A stretch of 64,000 nt of DNA from Microgenomates group bacterium (GTDB lineage: Bacteria > Patescibacteriota > Microgenomatia > UBA10105 > UBA927), in the NCBI GenBank assembly GCA_049287205.1, contig JBAQFJ010000001.1:383041-447040 (forward strand), given 5' to 3'. The position numbers and the translations under genes are program-made. Below are positions 57,016 through 64,000 of this stretch, piece by piece. Under the pieces are notes generated by a model that searched no databases, was not told where the DNA came from, and saw only the letters and a list, made by a program, of their open reading frames with translations. Numbering within the stretch: the first letter of the stretch is position 1; every line of letters begins with the position of its first letter.

Positions 57016-57050
57016 GCTGTTGGTTCCGGGTTCGAGTCCCGGCCGGCTCA
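56978..57050 (+). tRNA. tRNA-Lys (anticodon TTT)
   Basis: GGGTCGGTAGCTCAATTGGTAGAGCAGCAGCCTTTTAAGCTGTTGGTTCCGGGTTCGAGTCCCGGCCGGCTCA; complete cloverleaf; anticodon loop CTTTTAA. Confidence 0.85.
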
Positions 57051-57055
57051 CATAC

Positions 57056-57310
57056 TCATACCCCAAGCATATATGTTAACTGTGGCTGATTGAATCCGAC
57101 AACATATTCCGATTTTCTGTCGAGATAGCTAATTTCTATGACTGGAACTCCCATCTGCCCCGTCTTTTCAACCATTTCCTTCGCAGCTGTCTGATCTTGG
57201 TCAACAAGCACTTTTTCAAATGCCACGTTTTTGCTTTTTAGCCAATCAGCAACCATTGTGCAATACGGACATGTTTTGGTGGCATACACTTTTACATTTG
57301 AATAATTCAT
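57056..57310 (-). CDS. glutaredoxin-like protein (NrdH/Grx fold, CPYC active site)
   Basis: VKVYATKTCPYCTMV ... GVPVI pattern. Confidence 0.7.
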   Translation of the reverse strand: MNYSNVKVYATKTCPYCTMVADWLKSKNVAFEKVLVDQDQTAAKEMVEKTGQMGVPVIEISYLDRKSEYVVGFNQPQLTYMLGV

Positions 57311-57573
57311 ACAACCTCCTGTTGTAATATGGTCAGCAACCGAGCTATGTCAGCTGCTTTTTTATACTTTATCGAATACATCATTTCTTTTCCGGATTTT
57401 TTTGTGGAAACGAGACCTGCCACCTTCAGCTTCCTAAGATGCTGTGAGACTGCCGATTGAGATAACCCACATGTGTGGATCATTTCTGTCACATTTTTGG
57501 GGCTTCGTGACAAACAAAGAAGTAATTGCGCTCTCACTTTATTTCCTACTGCGGAATAGACATCATGTACCAT
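57307..57573 (-). CDS. ArsR/SmtB-family transcriptional regulator
   Basis: HTH segment EMIHTCGLSQSAVSQHLRKLKVAGLV; 88 aa; 4-nt overlap with the glutaredoxin gene. Confidence 0.8.
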   Translation of the reverse strand: MVHDVYSAVGNKVRAQLLLCLSRSPKNVTEMIHTCGLSQSAVSQHLRKLKVAGLVSTKKSGKEMMYSIKYKKAADIARLLTILQQEVV

Positions 57574-57633
57574 ATCAATATATTAGCATTTGCTAATATA
57601 TTGTCAATAGGGTATTTCAAAACTGTCAGCTGA

Positions 57634-58305
57634 TTATTGATTGAATAATCGCATCAGCCATCCGAACATACTGCGCGTCTGCGCTTCTTCTTGAATCAAA
57701 CTATTCAATGCGGTATTTTGACTGACGATAGACTGAATCGCTTCTTCAATCTGTGTTCTATCCGCATAATTTTGTACCTGAATCAACAATTCCTGCAGTT
57801 GTTCTATACGCACAGTATTTTCTTCAATCAGCTGAGTAAGTGACGTTAATGATTTATAGTCCGGACCGAAAAGTTTTTTCAGCATCTGATTCTTTGCTTC
57901 CATTTTCATCACATGCTCCTGAATCTTTTCTTGTGCCTGATTTTGTTCCCTTGCGACTTCGCGAACCTGATCTCCTATACCTCCTGTCGTTCTTATCTCC
58001 AGCATTCCCTGTACCTGTTTTGCAACCTCGCTCATATTCTGTTTGGCGTTTTCACTTCGTGTGTCCATGCTGTTACCTGCTTCAGTACCTAATTTTTCTT
58101 CTGTACTGATTTGCAGTTGAGAATCTTCACCTTGATTTTGTGTTTGCACGGCATTTTGCACTTTATTTCCTGTTGACGGAACAACACCGACGGTTGTAAC
58201 AGGTTTCGTTGTCGTATTCATTCCCTGAGATACGCTGCTATTCTGCGCTGCAATGATTGGCGTAACGAGGAAAAGCGATAGTAAGACAAGTAGTGACTTT
58301 TTCAT
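57634..58305 (-). CDS. secreted hypothetical protein (signal peptide, Q/E-rich coiled coil)
   Basis: N-terminal MKKSLLVLLSLFLVTPIIAA signal peptide; low-complexity helical remainder. Confidence 0.45.
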   Translation of the reverse strand: MKKSLLVLLSLFLVTPIIAAQNSSVSQGMNTTTKPVTTVGVVPSTGNKVQNAVQTQNQGEDSQLQISTEEKLGTEAGNSMDTRSENAKQNMSEVAKQVQGMLEIRTTGGIGDQVREVAREQNQAQEKIQEHVMKMEAKNQMLKKLFGPDYKSLTSLTQLIEENTVRIEQLQELLIQVQNYADRTQIEEAIQSIVSQNTALNSLIQEEAQTRSMFGWLMRLFNQ

Positions 58306-58345
58306 AATTTCCTCCTTTGGAATCGGTTACTGTATCCAGTGTACA

Positions 58346-58846
58346 CTATTTTTGTATCCTGCGCCCCTGACCGTTTCCCTGACCCTTTGTGGGCGAATTG
58401 TTCTGATTCTCAAGTTGATAGACACCCCGCATCTGTTTTTGCCGTAATAAAATGGTATTTAAGCCCAAAGAATCAGCGACAAAACCTGCAAAAAATATCG
58501 CGACAATAAAACCAATTACCACAAACAGGAAATTCTTTTTATAGGAAAAATCATATTTTTTTAGCAGCCATACCCCGAATCCCAAGCCGCCAATGACGAT
58601 GACTGGTGCCCACCACGGAAAAGTCGCAAGTAGCTGTTGATACCGGACATCTCCCATTGGCCCGTGTGTCCGAAGCGAAAAAATAGTCAAATTCACAAGA
58701 AACATTAAAATAATACTCAATCCTACAAGCCCAACAATCATGGCGATTGATCCCAACGCAAAATACCATTTTGGTTTCATGGCTATATGATCCCGCTCAA
58801 TACGGGACATGACATTGGTTGTTAAATCGATCTGTTTTTTTGACAT
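58346..58846 (-). CDS. membrane protein downstream of ECF sigma, candidate anti-sigma factor
   Basis: Overlaps the sigma gene by 25 nt; cytoplasmic N-terminus followed by several TM helices. Confidence 0.35.
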   Translation of the reverse strand: MSKKQIDLTTNVMSRIERDHIAMKPKWYFALGSIAMIVGLVGLSIILMFLVNLTIFSLRTHGPMGDVRYQQLLATFPWWAPVIVIGGLGFGVWLLKKYDFSYKKNFLFVVIGFIVAIFFAGFVADSLGLNTILLRQKQMRGVYQLENQNNSPTKGQGNGQGRRIQK

Positions 58847-59391
58847 AATATTTTCATGAGTTTTTTTGCGCGACCTATTCTCGTCGCAACGGTACCCATG
58901 GGAATCCGCAAGATATCACTAATTTCTTCATAAGACTTCTCATCTAAATAATACAACGCTAACGGCTCACTATATAGTACTGGCATGTCTCCAAGACAGG
59001 ACTGCGTGTGTTCAATCAGTTCTTTTTTTGTATAGGCGTTTTCGATGTTTTCATCACTTTTTAAATCCATCTCTTCAAGGAGGGGCGTCTCCTTATGATA
59101 TTTTTTTATGCTGTTCATTGCCTCGTTGTGAACAATTCTATAGATCCAACTCGAAAATTTCTTCTTTCTGTCAAACCCATAGAGGTTTATATATGCCTTA
59201 ATAAATGCGTCTTGAACAACATCTGACGCTTTCTGTTCATCATGAACGAGCTGTACTGCATACCGCAATAATTTATTCTGGTAACGCTGAACAACTTCTG
59301 AAAAACGTTCCTTGTATGTTGTGCGTATCAGAACAACCAATTCCTCATCTGACAATACCTTTGCTTCAGACATATCTTCATTGTAATACAA
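58822..59391 (-). CDS. ECF (sigma-70 family, group 4) RNA polymerase sigma factor
   Basis: Region 2 (FSSWIYRIVHNEAMN) and region 4 HTH (SYEEISDILRIPMGTVATRIGRAKKLM). Confidence 0.8.
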   Translation of the reverse strand: MYYNEDMSEAKVLSDEELVVLIRTTYKERFSEVVQRYQNKLLRYAVQLVHDEQKASDVVQDAFIKAYINLYGFDRKKKFSSWIYRIVHNEAMNSIKKYHKETPLLEEMDLKSDENIENAYTKKELIEHTQSCLGDMPVLYSEPLALYYLDEKSYEEISDILRIPMGTVATRIGRAKKLMKILCQKNRSI

Positions 59392-59484
59392 CTGACACAG
59401 AGAGTTTCTTTCATCTGGCTATTTTCCTATGCCAAACCCCGCCACATTGACGGGGAAGGCTTTTATAGTCTTATATAAAGACTG

Positions 59485-59853
59485 TTACTTATTCCATCGA
59501 CCCATGCCAGTTCCCTGACCGGATCCATTTTGTAAGCCTAATCCAAGTTCTGCTCGAATCGCTGCTGCTTCCTGTGTTTTTCCAGCTTCAGAAAGTTCAT
59601 GTGCCTCAGCAAATTTTGCAAAATTGTCTTGAGTCACAACTTGTATCACTCGGCCCCGACCCTGCATAAGGTTTTTCCATGCAGTATAATCTTTTGTTTC
59701 AAATGCTTTTTCCATGGCCGTATGTCGTTCTTCCGTATAATTCGGTCCTTTAACAGTTGCATCTCCTCTATATGCTTCCACTGCCTTTGGTGATGCTAAT
59801 AGACCTCCAAGGATAACAGTTGCGATACTTAACGCGATAATTGATTTATTCAT
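59485..59853 (-). CDS. secreted hypothetical protein
   Basis: Start at MNKSIIALSIATVILG (signal peptide) with AGGTGAGACAAAT ATG. The upstream Cys-rich 19 codons of the track ORF lack an RBS. Confidence 0.45.
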   Translation of the reverse strand: MNKSIIALSIATVILGGLLASPKAVEAYRGDATVKGPNYTEERHTAMEKAFETKDYTAWKNLMQGRGRVIQVVTQDNFAKFAEAHELSEAGKTQEAAAIRAELGLGLQNGSGQGTGMGRWNK

Positions 59854-59952
59854 ATTTGTCTCACCTCTCTTTCTACAGGTAATACAAACACGAGGGGAAT
59901 TTTCTTTCACGCAATCGCTTTATGCCTAAAAATTTGAGGGGTGCGGTTTTTT

Positions 59953-60612
59953 TTATTTTGTTTGCACACTACTGATTCCTAATACATCATATGGCTTTTG
60001 ACTGAATGTATTGTGAAAAAAATAACCGATAAAAAAGATAAATACCACAGATGCAAACAAAACGAGTACCTGCCCTTTTGATATCTTTTGAATATCTTGT
60101 TTTTGTTTTACCTCGCACACTTCTCCGGCACAGTAGTGTGTTTTGTCTTTAAAAAAGATAGGATAAAATTTACACCCTAAGCAAATGCCAAAGGCCGATT
60201 CAAAAAACAGGAATGCGAGACAGATCATACAAAAAATTCCTGCCACAGGACTCGTCGCATTGATGATAACAAGATGGATAAACATAGTAGCAGAGAGGAA
60301 AACCCCGATGATCCACGCAAACTTTTTTTGTGGAGCACCAACATATTCCGGTGTTTGATTTCGAACAATCCATCGACCGACTATTAACGAAGGAGAAAAT
60401 TTAGGATTTATAAAAACTCGTATCAATAAATCTGTGAAGAAAAAAGTAATTACGTATTTTATTGGAATAAAGTTCTCTTGAAACAAGATAAACATCCATG
60501 AAATGAAGGTGGCTAAAAATAGAATTCCTGCAGCCGCTCGTATTTCCCGTTCGTTCAGAACTGGGATATCATACCCTTGTACATCTTCACCGAATGTAAT
60601 TAATTTTTTCAT
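59953..60612 (-). CDS. polytopic membrane protein (possibly DUF4395-like)
   Basis: Start at MKKLITFG; 4-5 TM helices; C-terminal CxxC...C cluster (CLGCKFYPIFFKDKTHYCAGEVC). Confidence 0.4.
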   Translation of the reverse strand: MKKLITFGEDVQGYDIPVLNEREIRAAAGILFLATFISWMFILFQENFIPIKYVITFFFTDLLIRVFINPKFSPSLIVGRWIVRNQTPEYVGAPQKKFAWIIGVFLSATMFIHLVIINATSPVAGIFCMICLAFLFFESAFGICLGCKFYPIFFKDKTHYCAGEVCEVKQKQDIQKISKGQVLVLFASVVFIFFIGYFFHNTFSQKPYDVLGISSVQTK

Positions 60613-60924
60613 AATCTCTATAGATAGTATACCAACACTGCATTTCCAATATAAGCATACAGTTTTTTCCCAATGGCATGATATACATAAACGCCTTTTT
60701 GCTTTTTTTAACAGACATGAAGACGGATAGATTATTTCTCTCCAGTTAGATAATTCTGTAATGTATACCAACGTACAGTACAACGCTTATGTTGTAGTAC
60801 CTATTGTATACACCACAAAATGGATAACTGGAGAGCATATTTGATAGGCACGGATAGTATCCGCATTCAAATAAAAGCTAGCTCTCCAGAACAATCAATC
60901 CACAAATCAAAAACAACCAAAAAA

Positions 60925-62916
60925 CTACCAAATGTATAACGGCGCAAACAGCGTTGCGGCAAGAATCATGACCGTAATCAACGTATTGATTGACGGTCCA
61001 GCGGTGTCCTTAAACGGATCCCCAACTGTGTCGCCGATGACTGCTGCTTTATGCTGCTCTGAATTTTTTCCAGCGCCGAAGCCCGCTTCGATGAGTTTTT
61101 TGGCGTTATCCCATAACCCTCCCGAGTTTGCCATAAGAAGGGCTAATATAACACCGACTATGATCGAACCTGCGAGAAATGCCCCAACTGCATCGGGCCC
61201 GAGGATCAGCCCAACGAGCACAGGCAGCACTATTGCAAGAAATGCGGGAATACCCAGTGCCTTAAAGGCACCGTTTGACGCCATGCCCACACATCGCGAA
61301 TAGTCCGGCAATTCTTTCCCTTCCATAATGCCGGGATGCTCATCGAATTGCCTTCTCACCTCTTCAACCATCAGTTTTGCATTTTTGACCACTGCAAGGA
61401 TCAGCAGTGCTGAAAACAGCACGGGAGTAATACCGCCAATAAATACTCCGGCGATAACAATCGGGTGCATGAGATTCAAATCTAAGACATGACCGAGCGA
61501 CTGAGTCTCCAACCCGTACGATACAAACAGTGCAAGCACTGTCATTGCGGCTGCCGCAATTGCATAGCCTTTGGTAACAGCCTTTGCAGTATTACCAGCG
61601 CTATCTAAAACATCGGCATGCTTGATGACTTCTTCACCTAGACCCGCCATCTCTGCAATTCCTTTTGCATTATCGACGATCGGTCCGTATGCATCACTTG
61701 ATGCAACTAAACCAACGGTCGCAAGCATGCCTGCGGCGGAGAGCCCAATGCCTATCATACCGTCAAATCCTACCGCCTGCGCTGAATAATACGCAACAAG
61801 CATCGCGACAACCACACCGATAACAACGGGGACTGTCGAAATAAGACCGTAGGAAAAACCGGACAGAATGGTAAGTGCAGGACCACCTTTTGATTCATTC
61901 GCGGTATTTTTCACCGGCGCGTGTATGTCATTGGTAAAATAATCAGACACGATACCGATGACCACACCGACAAGAATACCCGAGGCAATAGGCAACATCA
62001 GGCCGATTGGATACCCGCCGATGAGCATTGCAACGAACACCAACACTGCAAAAATAATGCAGGTTACGATGGTGCCATTGTTTAAAGCACGACCGGGATC
62101 TCCGTCATCTTTTACTTTGATGATCATGGTACCGATGATGGAGGCAAGAATTCCCACTGCGTAAATCACAAGCGGAAACACAGTGAGTGAACCAGAAATA
62201 TTCGACAGAGCAGCAAGTGCCATTGCTCCAAGCGCCGCTGCCACATAACTGTCAAAAATATCCGCACCCATTCCTGCTACATCGCCGACATTATCGCCGA
62301 CATTGTCTGCCATAACAGCAGCATTTCGTGGGTCATCTTCAGGAAGTCCTTTTTCCACTTTCCCAACCAGATCTGCAGCGATGTCCGCAGTTTTGGTATA
62401 AATACCACCACCAGCCTTTGCAAGCAGCGCAAGCGTAGAAGCACCAAAACTAAACGCAAGGATAAACTGCACATCTTTGGTCAACATGTAAATCAGCGCC
62501 ATGCCGATGAGCCCTAATCCGGTCATCGCCAAACCTAAGACGGAACCACCTTTGAACGCCACGTTGAATGCTGTCCCAAGACTTTTCTGACAAGCAACAG
62601 CAGTCCTGACATTCGCGCGTACTGCCACGCTCATGCCAAGGTATCCCGCAAGAGCTGACGCACCCGCGCCTGCAATATACGATACTCCCATTCCTACATT
62701 GCCGTACAACAGGCCGATCAGTATTGCAAACACAATCGCTACTGCGAGCAAAATACCATAGAGTCGAACCAAGTAGGCGTTTGATCCCACTTGAATATGC
62801 CGCGCATATTCTTTAGCACGTGCTGATCCGGATGGCTGCGCCAATGTCCAAACAAAATTTCTTATTCCAAAACCTAACGCAGCAGTTCCCATTACACAAC
62901 AAAGCACAAGATCCAT
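60925..62916 (-). CDS. hppA: membrane-bound proton/sodium-translocating pyrophosphatase (H+-PPase, HppA)
   Basis: 663 aa, about 16 TM helices, GDNVGDNVGDVAGMGADIFDSY and DTVGDPFKD signatures. Confidence 0.95.
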   Translation of the reverse strand: MDLVLCCVMGTAALGFGIRNFVWTLAQPSGSARAKEYARHIQVGSNAYLVRLYGILLAVAIVFAILIGLLYGNVGMGVSYIAGAGASALAGYLGMSVAVRANVRTAVACQKSLGTAFNVAFKGGSVLGLAMTGLGLIGMALIYMLTKDVQFILAFSFGASTLALLAKAGGGIYTKTADIAADLVGKVEKGLPEDDPRNAAVMADNVGDNVGDVAGMGADIFDSYVAAALGAMALAALSNISGSLTVFPLVIYAVGILASIIGTMIIKVKDDGDPGRALNNGTIVTCIIFAVLVFVAMLIGGYPIGLMLPIASGILVGVVIGIVSDYFTNDIHAPVKNTANESKGGPALTILSGFSYGLISTVPVVIGVVVAMLVAYYSAQAVGFDGMIGIGLSAAGMLATVGLVASSDAYGPIVDNAKGIAEMAGLGEEVIKHADVLDSAGNTAKAVTKGYAIAAAAMTVLALFVSYGLETQSLGHVLDLNLMHPIVIAGVFIGGITPVLFSALLILAVVKNAKLMVEEVRRQFDEHPGIMEGKELPDYSRCVGMASNGAFKALGIPAFLAIVLPVLVGLILGPDAVGAFLAGSIIVGVILALLMANSGGLWDNAKKLIEAGFGAGKNSEQHKAAVIGDTVGDPFKDTAGPSINTLITVMILAATLFAPLYIW

Positions 62917-63002
62917 TCTGATTACTCCTTCACTCTGAAATTCCCCTAGGGGGTTGATTGATATGGATATAATTTCTATCCATCTTCACATCTGTTAAAG
63001 TG

Positions 63003-63025
63003 CAAAAAAAGCCGGTAGTACCGGC
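63003..63025 (-). terminator. intrinsic terminator of the P-type ATPase gene
   Basis: Minus-strand GCCGG-tacta-CCGGC followed by TTTTTTTGCA, about 80 nt after the ORF stop. Confidence 0.55.
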
Positions 63026-63106
63026 AGATACGACATTATAGTAATTTTATAGGCAATTCACAAGAAGAGAGTCAAAAATGACAATGAAGTGTTGTAATCG
63101 GCTTTT

Positions 63107-64000
63107 TTATCCGTTTTTACTTGTCATAAAACGCTTAAATATTTTTTTCCATACAAGTTTCGCTATTTCCAACCATACGGCAACTCCAAGCACAAAAACC
63201 AGCAGTAATACCAAGTCAGCGTTTTTGAGTGCCCCCAAATGAAAAACAGTCTTCAACGGAGCCACAAATATAATGAACACTATCCCAGTCAACGCTCCGC
63301 CAATAACCCACCAGAGGAGTTTATTGGGCATTAATAAAATACGAACCGTATTTTGTGACCATGTCACGTTTCCTACAATAAGAAGAAGATTTGATATCAC
63401 TAACGCGACAAAGGTTATGGTTCTGGCGTCTATTTCATTTTTCCCAACACTCATGAGATATATATATAACGCCGATAACGCGACAGAAACACTTATTCCC
63501 TGAATAAGTCCGACAATAATTATCCGGCTGTTGAATAACGGATCAGTAAGTTTCCTTGGTGGCCGACGCATAATATGATCCTGCTCGCCAATACCCTCAA
63601 ACACCGTCGAACATGCAGGATCGATAATCAATTCTAAAAATGCGATATGTGCCGGAAATAAAATAAGCGGATATCCGAAAACAACCGGCAGCACTGACAA
63701 AACAATGATTGGAATATGCACAGCTAAGAGATACCGCATGGCTCGTTTTAAATTATCAAAAATTCTTCGACCCAAGCGCACCGCTGAAACTATGGAAGAA
63801 AAATCATCATTTAACAACACTATATCTGAAGCCTCGCGGGCGACATCCGTTCCGCGTTCACCCATAGAAATGCCGATATGCGCAGATTTAAGCGCAGGGG
63901 CATCATTCACCCCGTCTCCTGTCATTGCAACAATTTCTCCATTTGCCTTTAATGCCTCGATGATATGCAATTTCTGTTCAGGAATCACACGCGCGAACAA
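63107..64000 (-). CDS. P-type cation-transporting ATPase (C-terminal part; gene continues beyond the window edge)
   Basis: Hinge motif VAMTGDGVNDAPALKSAHIGISMG and C-terminal TM helices. The ORF is open at coordinate 64000. Confidence 0.85.
   Translation of the reverse strand: MFARVIPEQKLHIIEALKANGEIVAMTGDGVNDAPALKSAHIGISMGERGTDVAREASDIVLLNDDFSSIVSAVRLGRRIFDNLKRAMRYLLAVHIPIIVLSVLPVVFGYPLILFPAHIAFLELIIDPACSTVFEGIGEQDHIMRRPPRKLTDPLFNSRIIIVGLIQGISVSVALSALYIYLMSVGKNEIDARTITFVALVISNLLLIVGNVTWSQNTVRILLMPNKLLWWVIGGALTGIVFIIFVAPLKTVFHLGALKNADLVLLLVFVLGVAVWLEIAKLVWKKIFKRFMTSKNG

Noticed and set aside
1-64000. Search for CRISPR arrays, cas genes, transposases, integrases, phage structural genes and rRNA
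   Set aside because: No direct-repeat/spacer periodicity and no recognisable IS, integrase or phage protein motifs in any long ORF. The only mobile-looking feature is the tRNA-Lys/GIY-YIG locus.

Overview
This window reads as a low-GC (roughly 40%), densely packed bacterial chromosome segment, coded mostly on the minus strand. There are no rRNA genes, CRISPR arrays, transposases or integrases.

Recognisable content:
- Eleven tRNA genes: Pro, three Leu isoacceptors, Val, a Phe-Gly-Gln cluster, Glu and Lys.
- A DNA-repair set: uvrC, uvrA, uvrB, lexA (divergent from uvrB), a Y-family polymerase and rarA.
- A 12-gene co-directional block running metK, rarA, NUDIX, holA-like, pgm, pgi/pmi, ppsA, eno, class-I fba and a pfkB kinase.
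- An ArsP-like permease with a thioredoxin-like partner, and an ArsR-glutaredoxin pair.
- An ECF sigma/anti-sigma module, an H+-pyrophosphatase and a P-type ATPase that runs off the window end.
- Many small hypothetical genes.

The archaeal-type FBA and PGI/PMI, the H+-PPase and the compact size suggest a small-genome uncultivated bacterium such as the Patescibacteria/CPR. That is an inference only.

Most notable structures I can see directly:
1. A small GIY-YIG nuclease ORF that ends inside an intact tRNA-Lys gene and is preceded by a partial duplicate of that tRNA's 5' half, consistent with a mobile insertion at the tRNA.
2. A SAM-I/IV-like riboswitch in the metK leader, which the ORF track had absorbed as an N-terminal extension.
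3. A two-gene module next to the tRNA cluster: a novel regulator with a C-terminal OmpR-type winged helix, an uncharacterised 663-aa protein, and a palindrome in its promoter.
4. A recurring nested-hairpin element at three gene ends.
5. A Y-family polymerase translationally coupled to an unknown 81-aa ORF.
6. Several island-like orphan genes beside tRNAs.

All homology statements come from motif recognition by eye. No searches were run.
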